Source: an uncultured Methylomirabilota bacterium (GTDB lineage: Bacteria > Methylomirabilota > Methylomirabilia > Methylomirabilales > 2-02-FULL-66-22). Taken from it: DNA of 64,000 bases. Positions 20,255-29,986 of the stretch are shown one piece after another. Location of the stretch: positions 1,760,001 to 1,824,000 of the forward strand of contig OY970067.1 of assembly GCA_963705305.1 (NCBI GenBank), written 5' to 3'. Under the pieces are notes generated by a model. That model did no database searches, was not told the origin of the DNA, and was given only the letters and a program-made list of their open reading frames with translations. Numbering within the stretch: the stretch's first letter is position 1; each line of letters starts with the position of its first letter. A program made the position numbers and the translations under genes.

Positions 20255-20442
20255 TGTGGTCACCTCTTGATACGATGAAACCACATGTTGATCGCTATGT
20301 CAATCTGGTTTTCCGAGGGCCGCTCACGACCGGCGGATTCATGAAACGCTGGGGCATTTGCGTCAGCCGCAGGCACCGTGCTCGTTCTCGGGACGCTGCC
20401 GGTTCAGATCCGGGGGGCCACGGTATGCTTCCGTTTTGGACA

Positions 20443-20492
20443 TGCGGCCACTTTATGGGTTATTTCCGGCCAGGTTGATCGGACAAATGACA
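20443..20492 (-). repeat. IS-end-like 50-bp repeat, copy 1
   Basis: 38/50 ungapped identity to 21832-21881; minus strand reads TGTCA...AAATAACCCA. Confidence 0.7.
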
Positions 20493-20525
20493 GGGGGGCG
20501 GGCAGACCGGATTGCCCTTCGGGCT

Positions 20526-21668
20526 TCAAGTGCGCTGGAGACGTGTGACCAGTCCGGAAAGGCTCTCGACGATGAGGCGGACTCCCCCGAGGGTTCGGGT
20601 GGTGGCGTGCGTCACATCCTGTGCCACAACGATGTTCTCCCCTTCGGGGTAGCGGTGGCGGAACGCTCGCAGTCCTTCGATGGTGACTTCGGCCGCAGAC
20701 CACTTGCATTCGATGGCGAGCGGCGGCTGGCCGCGTCGTTTGAGTACGAAATCGATCTCGTGTCCGGCCTTGTCCCGCCAGTAGTGCAGGGGCTGACCTT
20801 GGAGCATGGCGAGGAGCTCGTTCAGGACGAAGTGTTCCCAGAGAATTCCTAGGTCATCCGTTCGGAGTGTGGACCAGCCGCGGTGGTAACAGACGAATCC
20901 CGTATCGAAGCCATAGACCTTGGGGGCGGCTACGATCTCGGTGGTCCGCCGGGTGCTGAAGGGGCGGATCACGTGGGCCGCGGCGGTGGCCTCGAGCACG
21001 TCGAGGTAGCTGCTCACCGTGGGGCGGCTGATTTCGCAGAGCCGGGCGTACTCCGTCGCCTCGAAGATCCCGCCGCTCCGGGCGAGGAGGAGTTCCACCA
21101 GTCGCTGGAAGGCTCCCCGCCGCTCCAGACGAAACAGCTCCTGGATGTCTTTGGCCCAGTAGGCGTCCATCCACTCCTGGAAGTCGCGCTCGGGCAGGGT
21201 GTCGGCGAGGAAGAACGGCGGAAGCCCCCCGCGGAGCAGCCGGTGGCGGAGGTCTCCGTTCCCGAAATCGCTGAGGTCGGCCAGCGTCATCGGGGTCATT
21301 CGGACATCCCGTTTCCGGCCGGTCAGCGTATCGCGGAAGCGGGCGGAAGCTCCCAACGTCGAAGAGCCTGCGGCGAGCACGTGGACCCGAGGAAAGTGAT
21401 CCGCGGCGATTTTGAGGATCTCTGACGGGTTGGGCAGTCGATGGATCTCATCGAGGACCACGCGCCGCCCCGAGAGGCCCTCCCAGAAGCCCTGCGGATC
21501 CACCATCAGCTGGCGGACCCGCGGGAGCTCGCAATCGAAGTAGGTGATGTCCGGTAGCGACTGGCTCAGGCAGGTCTTCCCCACCCGTCGGACGCCCGAG
21601 ACCCACACCACGCGCCGATCTTTCCAGGCACTCTCAATGAGACGGATCCACTGTCGGCGAAGTATCAT
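20526..21668 (-). CDS. AAA_14 ATPase with DUF4143 / PD-(D/E)XK C-terminus
   Basis: GVRRVGKT Walker A, LDEIH Walker B, GSS, LTGR, PKVYGFDTG, YWRDKAGHEIDF..IECK. Confidence 0.9.
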   Translation of the reverse strand: MILRRQWIRLIESAWKDRRVVWVSGVRRVGKTCLSQSLPDITYFDCELPRVRQLMVDPQGFWEGLSGRRVVLDEIHRLPNPSEILKIAADHFPRVHVLAAGSSTLGASARFRDTLTGRKRDVRMTPMTLADLSDFGNGDLRHRLLRGGLPPFFLADTLPERDFQEWMDAYWAKDIQELFRLERRGAFQRLVELLLARSGGIFEATEYARLCEISRPTVSSYLDVLEATAAAHVIRPFSTRRTTEIVAAPKVYGFDTGFVCYHRGWSTLRTDDLGILWEHFVLNELLAMLQGQPLHYWRDKAGHEIDFVLKRRGQPPLAIECKWSAAEVTIEGLRAFRHRYPEGENIVVAQDVTHATTRTLGGVRLIVESLSGLVTRLQRT

Positions 21669-21831
21669 CGTAATCAGTATTCCATATAGTTCTACTAAAT
21701 GCAACCAAGATTCCGTATGGCAGCAGCGCTTGGGCGCCATAATCCAGGGCAGAGTCCTCCAGGGCGTTGCGATTGCTTCTAGTCATCAGGATGGCCTTTG
21801 TTCTTAGCACCCATGCCAGATGCGTTGTGCC

Positions 21832-21881
21832 TGCGGCCACGTTATGGGTTATTTTTGGCGAGGTCTTTGGGTAAGTTGACA
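21832..21881 (-). repeat. IS-end-like 50-bp repeat, copy 2
   Basis: Same orientation as 20443-20492; minus strand begins TGTCAAC. Confidence 0.7.
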
Positions 21882-22257
21882 TCTTCCCCGGCCCGGCCGA
21901 TCAAGCCGCCGACATCGGGGCCGGACGAGGCGCCGCTATATCGCGGGCCGTCCCCGGTCCGCTGCGTCAACCACGTCTCCGATTCCAAGGGGGACGTCTT
22001 TGACTAACATGACGAACGCATCCGCCCTTCTCGGCCCAACACAGGGACGTAGCGTCGAGCGGGGCGAAGCCCCGCATCGCAGGCAGCCGGCGAGCGGCCG
22101 CATCCGGCGTGGCCGAGCGTCGCACGCGGCTCCGTCTCGCCGGGACATCGATTGCCATACCGGTCCTCCGGCAGAGAAAGCTTGCCAGCACGATCGCGGC
22201 GGGGGTATCGTCTCGCGGTGGCCCAATCATGATCATCACAGGCACAGGAGGATGTCG

Positions 22258-23017
22258 ATGCGACCGAACCAGACCAAGCGACGCCTGCTCCAGGGCAAGG
22301 CGGCTCTCGGCACGTTCTGCCTGGGCGGGAGCCCGCTGCTCACCGAGACTCTCGGCCAGGCGGGGTATGACTTCGTCATCGTGGATTGTCAGCACGGCGA
22401 GAGCAACCCGGGGAATCTCCTGGCCATGCTGCAGGCGGTGAGCTGCACCCCTGCGACCCCGCTGGTCCGCGTGACGGCCAACGCGCCGGCGGACCTGCAG
22501 CGCGCCCTGGACCTCGGCGCCTACGGCCTGGTCGTCCCCATGGTCAACACGCGCGCGGAGGCCGAGGTCGTCCTGCGCTCCGTCCGCTACGCGCCCGCCG
22601 GCGCTCGGAGCTGGGGCCCGATCCGCGGGGGCCTTTACGGCGGCGCGGATTACTTCGCCAAGGCCCACGAGGAGCTGCTGGTGATCGCCATGCTCGAGAC
22701 CGCCGAGGCGGTGCGGAACGCTGGGGAGATCCTGGGCGTGCCCGGCATCGACGGCTGCTTCATCGGCCCCAACGATTCTCAGCGTCGCCCTCGGCTTTTC
22801 CTCCGAGCTGGCCGAGTATCCGCCCCCCGTCGAGGAGGCCATCCTGGCGATCCGCGATGCCGCCGTGGCGGCCGGCAAGGCGCCCGGGATCTACACGCCC
22901 AACGCCGCGGCGGCGAAGGCCCGGCTGGCCCAGGGCTTCCGGTTCGTCTGCATCCGGAACGACTTCGGGATGGTCGCGGCGGCGGCCGCTGAGGATCTCC
23001 GGATGGTCCGGGGTTGA
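22258..23017 (+). pseudogene. HpcH/HpaI aldolase family gene with a +1 frameshift near 22777
   Basis: DFVIVDCQHG, LDLGAYGLVVPMV, MLET, FIGPND; removing one T from GATTCTC restores GPNDLSVALGF...ARLAQGFRF..MVRG* ending at 23017. Confidence 0.8.
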
Positions 23018-23255
23018 GGACCCGGGGCTGCGGCGGCAGATCCGGGGGCGCCCTGAAGCCCGGTCCTCACCCGCTGCCTGCTTCAGGCTGCGCTGCCTTC
23101 CAATCTCTCCCCCCCTTTCCATTCTTCCCCGCAGCACAGAGAGACTTTGCCTTCGAGGCTTAACAGGGTAGATTGTGGAGGCTGCGGCCGGAATAGCCGG
23201 GAAGCGGCTGCTCCGGGATCTCACCGGAGCCGGGCCGGAACGAGGTGTACGCCGG

Positions 23256-24383
23256 ATGACGACGACGATCTCCACGAGCTTCACGGACCCGGTCAACGCC
23301 AGGATCCTGGCGGTGGCCGAGGACCGGCTGCCGGGGTTCCAGCGCGACCCGCTGGGGGAGATCTCCCGGCTGTCGGGCGTCGAGCCGTCCGAGGTGATCG
23401 TCCGCCTCCGGGCCATGCTCTCCGCGGGGACGATCCGGCGGATCCGGCAGACGCTCCTCGCCACCAACCTGGCCCAGGGCGCCCTTGTGGCCTGGCAGGT
23501 GCCCCAGTCGAAGCTCGACGCGGCCTTCGATTACATGTATCACCGCGACCCGTTCAGCGGACACGTGGTGATCCGCACCACCGATGTCGCCACCGCCGGG
23601 GCCACCTACCGGCTGTGGACGACCCTGAAAGTCCCGCAGGGCTTCTCCATGACCCGGCACTGCCAGCTGCTCTTGCGGGAGACGGGCGCGGAGCGGTTCC
23701 TGCTGCTGCCCGCCAAGAAGCTGTTCACCCTGGGGGTCGGCCACGTGCGGCGGCGCGGGCTGGAGCCGGGCAGCCGCGCCGAGGTGCCGGCCGACGTGAC
23801 GGACGTGACGGTGACCACGCTGACCGAGGCGGAATGGCGCGTCCTGACGGCGCTGAAGCGGGAGTTCGCGCCGGGGGAGATCGTTCCCCAGCTCTGGGCT
23901 CCGCGGGCCCAGGAGGCGGGCGTCCCGCTGGAGACATTCCTGGCGATGGCCGGGGACTTCGACTGCCGCAAGATCATCGGCCGCTTCTCCACGTTCCTCG
24001 AGCACGCCAAGCCCGTGGCGGGCGGCGAGCGCGTGACCCGCTTCAACGCGCTGTTCCACTGGGCGGTCCCGCCGGGCCGGGAGATCGACGCGGGCCGGGA
24101 GGTGGGGCGCCACCACATCATGACCCACGACTACTGGCGCGAGGGAGGCCCCGAGTTCCATCACGTGAATATCATGGGGGTCGCCCACGGCACCGACAAG
24201 CGGCTGCTGCTCGCCCACAAGGCTGCCATGGATGCACATCTCGCCGAGGCCGGTATCCCCGTCTCCTACACCAACGTGTTCTGGGGCGGCCGCAGCGAGA
24301 TCAAACCGTCCGAGATCTCGCCCCTCGCCTACCGGCAGTGGTGCCGGAGCCTGGGGATCGATCCGGACACGATGAAGGACTAA
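23256..24383 (+). CDS. Tandem Lrp/AsnC-like protein (siroheme decarboxylase AhbAB / NirDL-like fusion)
   Basis: Two HTH plus ferredoxin-like repeats; ALVAWQVP, GHVVIR, THDYWREGG..NIMGVAHG. Confidence 0.7.
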   Translation: MTTTISTSFTDPVNARILAVAEDRLPGFQRDPLGEISRLSGVEPSEVIVRLRAMLSAGTIRRIRQTLLATNLAQGALVAWQVPQSKLDAAFDYMYHRDPFSGHVVIRTTDVATAGATYRLWTTLKVPQGFSMTRHCQLLLRETGAERFLLLPAKKLFTLGVGHVRRRGLEPGSRAEVPADVTDVTVTTLTEAEWRVLTALKREFAPGEIVPQLWAPRAQEAGVPLETFLAMAGDFDCRKIIGRFSTFLEHAKPVAGGERVTRFNALFHWAVPPGREIDAGREVGRHHIMTHDYWREGGPEFHHVNIMGVAHGTDKRLLLAHKAAMDAHLAEAGIPVSYTNVFWGGRSEIKPSEISPLAYRQWCRSLGIDPDTMKD

Positions 24384-24556
24384 CAGGCTGCGGAGAAAGG
24401 CCCATCTGCCGAGACCCAGCCTTCGGCTGGGTACCCCGCACGCTCCCGCGACGCTGCGGCGTACCCGTAAGTACGCCTCGCGCCGCGGATCGCGTGCCAC
24501 CTTGCACCTGGACCTTTTTGCGCAGCCTGGATGGAAACGGGTTTTCCAGCAGCCTG
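24384..24556. repeat. Repeat family B copy 2 (inverted relative to 4284-4410, with duplicated end)
   Basis: CAGGCTGCGGAGAAAGGCCCATCTG...GACCTTTTTGCGCAGCCTG plus an extra TTTTCCAGCAGCCTG. Confidence 0.8.
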
Positions 24557-24578
24557 CTACAACTAAAAGGAGACTCCC

Positions 24579-24818
24579 ATGAGCGAACCCAAGATCGCCG
24601 CCAAACAGCCCGCCGCCGTGCAGCTCGAAGCCGGCAAGACGTACGCCTGGTGCGCCTGCGGCCTCTCCAAGGGCCAGCCGTTCTGCGACGGCTCCCACAA
24701 GACTACGGATCTCCGGCCGCTGGTTTTCAAGGCCGAGAAGACCGAGACCGCCCACTTGTGCCAGTGCAAGCAGTCGAAGAACAAGCCCTTCTGCGACGGG
24801 ACGCACAAGTCCCTGTAA
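24579..24818 (+). CDS. CDGSH iron-sulfur protein with two CDGSH motifs (MiNT/CISD3-like)
   Basis: WCACGLSKGQPFCDGSH and LCQCKQSKNKPFCDGTH; AAGGAG RBS. Confidence 0.95.
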   Translation: MSEPKIAAKQPAAVQLEAGKTYAWCACGLSKGQPFCDGSHKTTDLRPLVFKAEKTETAHLCQCKQSKNKPFCDGTHKSL

Positions 24819-24859
24819 CCGCTGCCCAGCGGCGCACGGCCCGGAGGCGACCCGCTAAG

Positions 24860-25041
24860 TGCTTAGCGGCCTAAATTCCACGACGTATCCATTGACCGCT
24901 TAACCTCCCGGCCCCCTGGGCCGACCCGGAGCAAGGGCGAGCCGGCATCGGGTACCTGCCCGCAGGGTGGGTGCAGGCGCCAGGCGTCCGAGGGGCGGCC
25001 CGGGGGACCGGGATACGTCGCCGCAATTACGGCCAGGAGTA
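24860..25041 (+). mobile_element. MITE family C copy 1, flanked by CTAAG direct repeats
   Basis: Imperfect inverted ends GGCCTAAATTCCACGACGTATCC / GGATACGTCGCCGCAATTACGGCC; CTAAG at 24855 and 25042; near-identical to 42460-42750. Confidence 0.85.
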
Positions 25042-25206
25042 CTAAGGTAGGGGCTCCGGGAACGCCCCAGATCTTCGTTGCGCCCTTGGAACCTTTGCCA
25101 GACACGGCCTGCCTTCGGAGGGGAGTGAGCACCGATGGTTCCATCTCGGGTCGCGGCCGCTCGAATGGCCGCCGCCCGTTGCTGGTATAGCAGGAAGGAG
25201 TCACGC

Positions 25207-26322
25207 ATGAGCCGGGTGCGGGTCTTGGTGGGGACGCGCAAGGGGGCGTTCCTTTTGACATCGGACGGGAAGCGGGACCGCTGGGAGGTGAGCGGCCCCC
25301 ACTTTGCGGGCTGGCAGATCTATCACCTCAAGGGGTCCCCCCTGGACCCGGACCGGCTGTACGCCTCGCAATCCAGCGCGTGGTTCGGGCAGACGATCCA
25401 GCGCTCCGACGACGGCGGCAGGACCTGGGAGCCGGTGGGCAACTTGTTCGCGTACGACGGGGGTCCCGCCACCCACCAGTGGTATGACGGCACGCAGCAC
25501 CCCTGGGAGTTCGCGCGCGTGTGGCATCTCGAGCCGTCGCCGACGGATCCGGAGACCATCTACGCCGGGGTGGAGGACGCCGCGCTGTTCCGGTCTGCCG
25601 ACGGCGGCAAGACGTGGCGCGAGTTTTCCGGGCTGCGCGCCGTGAAAGGACACCTCTGGCAGCCCGGAGCGGGGGGGATGTGCCTCCACACGATCCTCCT
25701 CGATCCGGGCACTCCCGATCGGATCCTCGTCGCCATCTCGGCTGCGGGCGCGTTTCGGACCGATGACGGCGGCGTCACCTGGCAGCCGGCGAACCGCGGT
25801 TTGAAGTCGCAGTACCAGCTCCCCGACCCGCAGGCCGAGGTGGGCCACTGCGTCCACAGCGTCGCCCGGCACCCCTCGCGCCCGCGGGTGCTGTTCATGC
25901 AGAAGCACTGGGACGTCATGCGCAGCGACGATGCGGGAGCGTCGTGGTACGAGATCAGCGGCAACCTGCCGAGCGACTTCGGGTTTCCGATCGCCGTCCA
26001 TGCCCACGAGCCGGAGACGGTCTACGTCGTTCCGATCCGGAGCGACTCCGAGCACTATCCCCCCGACGGCCGATTGCGCGTGTACCGCAGCCGAACCGGT
26101 GGCAACGAATGGGAGGCGCTCGCGGACGGCCTGCCGCAACGAGACTGCTACGTCAATGTGCTGCGGGACGCGCTGTCGGTGGACGCGCTGGATTCGTGCG
26201 GCGTCTACGTCGGGACCACCGGGGGGCAGGTCTACGCCTCGGCCGATGCCGGGGACACGTGGACCGCCGTCGTCCGGAACCTGCCGTCTGTCCTGTCCGT
26301 GGAAGCCCAGACGCTCCAATGA
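25207..26322 (+). CDS. BNR/Asp-box beta-propeller protein (WD40/YVTN-like)
   Basis: Repeated S.DGG.TW Asp-boxes; [10 protein letters not shown] start; AGGAG RBS. Confidence 0.9.
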   Translation: MSRVRVLVGTRKGAFLLTSDGKRDRWEVSGPHFAGWQIYHLKGSPLDPDRLYASQSSAWFGQTIQRSDDGGRTWEPVGNLFAYDGGPATHQWYDGTQHPWEFARVWHLEPSPTDPETIYAGVEDAALFRSADGGKTWREFSGLRAVKGHLWQPGAGGMCLHTILLDPGTPDRILVAISAAGAFRTDDGGVTWQPANRGLKSQYQLPDPQAEVGHCVHSVARHPSRPRVLFMQKHWDVMRSDDAGASWYEISGNLPSDFGFPIAVHAHEPETVYVVPIRSDSEHYPPDGRLRVYRSRTGGNEWEALADGLPQRDCYVNVLRDALSVDALDSCGVYVGTTGGQVYASADAGDTWTAVVRNLPSVLSVEAQTLQ

Positions 26323-26615
26323 TCCGGGTCGTGCTCCCGCCCCATTTGCGGACGCTGGCAAACGTCTCCGGAGAGGTCGCGCTTCCGGTCGAGGGGCCGG
26401 TCACCCTGTGCGCCGTCCTCGACGCCCTCGAGGCTGCCTATCCGTGGCTGCGCGGGATGATCCGCGACCACGTCACGCAGCGCCGCCGGCCGTACATGAG
26501 GTTTTTCGCCTGCGAGCTGGATCTGTCTCACGAGTCGCCGGACGCACCGCTTCCCGATGCGGTCGTGGCGGGGAGGGAGCCCCTCCTCATCGTCGCGGCC
26601 CTGGCGGGCGGCTAG
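26319..26615 (+). CDS. MoaD/ThiS ubiquitin-like protein
   Basis: [14 protein letters not shown]...ALAGG C-terminal Gly-Gly; ATGA overlap with upstream gene. Confidence 0.9.
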   Translation: MIRVVLPPHLRTLANVSGEVALPVEGPVTLCAVLDALEAAYPWLRGMIRDHVTQRRRPYMRFFACELDLSHESPDAPLPDAVVAGREPLLIVAALAGG

Positions 26616-26914
26616 CGCGGCGATGGCCAGGCTGGCCGCGATCGGATTCAGGATGGCGTACCGATCCCCGCCCAGGAAGATCACGGCCCGGGCTCCGCGC
26701 GGCGTCGCAGTCCCTCCCCCGCCGCTTTCCCTTTCGCCGGCACCACCGCATGGCCGTCGCGCCGGGCGCGGTCGGCACCGGCGCCCGGGGTTGCCGGCGG
26801 TGCGGCTCTCTGGTATAAGCTCTGCCAGGCGAAGGACGCGTGCGGACGGCGGCGTCCCTGCCGACGATGCCGCCGGGGTCACGACGCGCGCACGGCGCAC
26901 AGGGGGAAACGACC

Positions 26915-27973
26915 ATGAACGACGCGCAGTGGGAGACCCTGGTGGCCGCCATTCGAGGCGAGACGATCACACCGCCGGTGGCCTTCATCATCGACAGTCC
27001 CTGGCTGCCGAACTGGGCTGGGATGTCGATCCTCGACTACTACAGCAGCGAGGAACGCTGGCTGGAGGCGAACTTCCGGGCCATCCGGGAGTTTCCGGAC
27101 TGCCTCTTCCTGCCGGGCTTCTGGTCGGAGTTCGGGATGTGCACCGAGCCGTCCGCCTTCGGGGCCAGATGCCTGTTCCACGAGAACGAGTTCCCCTTCG
27201 CCGAGAAGGTCATCCAGGACGTGGAGCAGATCGGCCAGCTCGCGAGGCCCGATCCGCGACGGGACGGCTTGCTGCCCTTCGTCATCAAGCGGCTCCAGCA
27301 CTGCCAGCCGCGCATCCGGGCGGCCGGGCACGCCATCCGGTTCGCCATCTCCCGCGGGCCGCTCAACGTCGCCTCCTTCCTGATGGGCACCACCGAGTTC
27401 CTGACGGAGATGAAGGCCAGCCCCGACGAGATCCACCGGCTGCTCCGGCTGATCACCGACTTCCTGGGCGCCTGGCTGGCCTATCAGCGCGAGTGCTTTC
27501 CGACCATCGACGGCGTGCTGCTCCTGGACGACATCGTGGGGTTCATCGGCGAAAAGGACTTCGTGGAGTTTGCGCAGCCGTACCTGCAGGAGCTGTTCAC
27601 GCGCCTGGACGTCTCGGTGCGCTTCTTTCACAACGACTCGCCGTGCCGCGCCTCGGCCCCGCACCTGCACGCCACCGGCATCAACCTCTTCAACATGGGC
27701 ATCAACGTCACCCTGCCGGACCTCCGGGGCTGGGCGGGGGACGCCGTCGCCCTGATGGGCAACATCCCGCCGCGCGACGTCCTGGCCTCCGGAGCGACCG
27801 CCCAGGTGGAGGCGGCCGTGGAGGCGCAGTTCCGGGCGCTGCCCGACACGCGGGGCATCCTCTTCTCTTGCGGCGGCGGCATGCCGCCCGGCGTGCCGAC
27901 CGCCAACATCCGCGCCTTCACGGCCAAAGTGGCGGCGCTGAGCCGGGGCCGGGCCGGGAGCGCCTCCGCCTAG
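26915..27973 (+). CDS. Uroporphyrinogen decarboxylase-like (URO-D/MtaA-CmuA) family protein
   Basis: RGPLNVASFLMG, LLDDIVG, FFHND, ALMGNIPP, FSCGGGMPPGVPTANI. Confidence 0.8.
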   Translation: MNDAQWETLVAAIRGETITPPVAFIIDSPWLPNWAGMSILDYYSSEERWLEANFRAIREFPDCLFLPGFWSEFGMCTEPSAFGARCLFHENEFPFAEKVIQDVEQIGQLARPDPRRDGLLPFVIKRLQHCQPRIRAAGHAIRFAISRGPLNVASFLMGTTEFLTEMKASPDEIHRLLRLITDFLGAWLAYQRECFPTIDGVLLLDDIVGFIGEKDFVEFAQPYLQELFTRLDVSVRFFHNDSPCRASAPHLHATGINLFNMGINVTLPDLRGWAGDAVALMGNIPPRDVLASGATAQVEAAVEAQFRALPDTRGILFSCGGGMPPGVPTANIRAFTAKVAALSRGRAGSASA

Positions 27974-27998
27974 CGGGGCGTGCCCCGGCCGGACGCGA

Positions 27999-29048
27999 TC
28001 AGAAGATCCGGCTGAACCAGAGAAACGACAGGAGCGCGGACAGGAAGGCCAGGACCGCCGCGACGGCGGCGAACAGCGCGGTGATCTCGGTCTGCTGCTT
28101 CTCGAACACCAGCCGCGTGCTCAGCCCCTGGTAGATCTTCTTCAGGTCCATGGCGGTGCCCGCCCGGAAGTACTCGCCGCGGGTCAGGTCCGCGATCGCC
28201 TTGAGCGTCTCCTCGTCCAGGCGCGCGTAGAAGGACCACCCCTCGAAGCCGATCACCGCCCCCTGCGGCGTCCCCACCCCGATGGCGAAGACGCGCACGC
28301 CGCGGTCGGCCGCCATGCGGGCGGCCTCCATGGAGTCGGGCCCGGTCGTTCGCTGGCCGTCCGTCAAGAGGACGATGGCGGCTGAATCGTAGGAGCCGGG
28401 CGGGACGGGGGTGAGCGGCTTCTTCTCCTTCTCCGGGGAACGCCCCAGGTCCAGCGACGGCGACCGCTGGAAGCCGCGGCCGTAGATCGCCTCGCTCACA
28501 TCGATCCCGGCGTCCGGGAAAATGGTGGCCAGCGCGACGATGATCCCGCTGCCGATGGCGGTGCCGCGCTGGAGCTGGAACCGGTTGATGGATGCCAGGA
28601 TGTCCTCGCGGCTGTAAGTGGGCGCCTGCACCACCGCGGCCGTCCCCGCGAAGGACACCACGCCGACCCGCACGCTGCGGGGGAGGCCGGCCACGAACGC
28701 CTTGGCCGCCTCCTGCGCCGCGACCAGCCGGCTCGGCTTTACGTCCGTGGCCCGCATGCTGCCCGACACATCCATGGCCAGGATGATCGTCCGCTGCGTC
28801 GTCGGGAGGTTGACGATCGCGGCCGGGCGGGCCACCGCCACGATCAGCACGGCCAGCGCCAGCAGGAAGAGCAGCGGCGGCAGGTGGCGTCGGAGCCGCT
28901 GGCCCCCGCCCATGGCCTCCCGCACCAGGCTCAGGCTGGCGTAGCGGAGCGCCGCCCGCTTTCTCCGGCGCAGCAGCAGGAGATACAGGGCGACCAGCGC
29001 CGGCACCAGCGGCAGCAGCCAGAGCATCTCGGGCCACAGGAACGTCAT
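27999..29048 (-). CDS. VWA domain protein (BatA-like)
   Basis: BatA-type N-terminal TM, DVSGSM MIDAS, LLTDG, LDEETLK. Confidence 0.92.
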   Translation of the reverse strand: MTFLWPEMLWLLPLVPALVALYLLLLRRRKRAALRYASLSLVREAMGGGQRLRRHLPPLLFLLALAVLIVAVARPAAIVNLPTTQRTIILAMDVSGSMRATDVKPSRLVAAQEAAKAFVAGLPRSVRVGVVSFAGTAAVVQAPTYSREDILASINRFQLQRGTAIGSGIIVALATIFPDAGIDVSEAIYGRGFQRSPSLDLGRSPEKEKKPLTPVPPGSYDSAAIVLLTDGQRTTGPDSMEAARMAADRGVRVFAIGVGTPQGAVIGFEGWSFYARLDEETLKAIADLTRGEYFRAGTAMDLKKIYQGLSTRLVFEKQQTEITALFAAVAAVLAFLSALLSFLWFSRIF

Positions 29049-29986
29049 GGCGACACTCGCTCCAGGTGGGCGGGCAGCGTCGCCCCGCCCGCCAGCCGGC
29101 TGCGCTGTTTGCGGAGATCGGCAAAGCGCAGGATCGTCTCCACCAGGTCATCCTCCGTGGACAGCTCCAGCGCGTCCACGCCCGCGTCGCGGAAGGCCAG
29201 GCGGAGCGCCTTCTCGCGCCGCGCCGCGGCGGCGGCGAAGCGCCTCCGGAAGGCGCGGTCGTGGGTGTCCACCAGCACCTGCTCGCCCGTCTCGGCGTCC
29301 TGGATGACCAGCAGTCCCAGGTCGGGCAGGTCCGTCTCCAGCGGATCGTAGAGCCGCACCGCCAGGATTTCATGCCGCACCGCCAGGTGGGCCAGCGGCT
29401 CCGACCAGCCGGGCAGGCTGATGAAATCCGAGACGACGAACACCAGGGATCGGCGGGGGATGAGCCGGAAGGCGGCGCGCAGGAACTCGCGCAGATCGGT
29501 GGGCGCCGACCGGGAGCGCTCGGGCCGGGAGAGCATCCGGTGGAGGAGGTGCAGCACGTGCCGCCGTCCGGCCCGCGCCGGGATGACCGTATCGAGGCTG
29601 TCCCCGTACAGCAGCGCCCCCACGCGGTTGCCGTGGCGGGTCAGGAGCCGCGCCAGCACGGTGACGAACTCGATGGAGACCGACCGCTTCTTGGTCTCCC
29701 GGGAGGCGAAGTCCATGGATGGGCTGAGGTCCAGGAGGAACCAGCCGGTGATCTCGCGATCCTCGTTGAAGACCCGCACGTAGGGGGTCTGCAGGCGCGC
29801 GGTGACGTTCCAGTCGATGTGCCGGACGTCGTCGTGGTACTGGTACTCGCGCAGATCGGCCAGATCCAGGCCGAAGCCGCGGAACAGCGTCCGGTAATCG
29901 CCGTGCACGGCCCCGTCCAGGCGGCGGATCACCGTCCACTCCAGCCGGCGCAGGATGCGCTCAGGATCCTGCGGCAACTCGGACAT
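29045..29986 (-). CDS. DUF58 domain protein
   Basis: LREYQYHDDVRHIDWNVTAR, LDLSPSM, VVSDF. Confidence 0.92.
   Translation of the reverse strand: MSELPQDPERILRRLEWTVIRRLDGAVHGDYRTLFRGFGLDLADLREYQYHDDVRHIDWNVTARLQTPYVRVFNEDREITGWFLLDLSPSMDFASRETKKRSVSIEFVTVLARLLTRHGNRVGALLYGDSLDTVIPARAGRRHVLHLLHRMLSRPERSRSAPTDLREFLRAAFRLIPRRSLVFVVSDFISLPGWSEPLAHLAVRHEILAVRLYDPLETDLPDLGLLVIQDAETGEQVLVDTHDRAFRRRFAAAAARREKALRLAFRDAGVDALELSTEDDLVETILRFADLRKQRSRLAGGATLPAHLERVSP

Noticed and set aside
21890..22007. Possible C-terminal gene fragment (APLYRGPSPVRCVNHVSDSKGDVFD) beside the IS-end-like repeat
   Set aside because: Too short to assign to a family; may be a truncation scar but is unsupported
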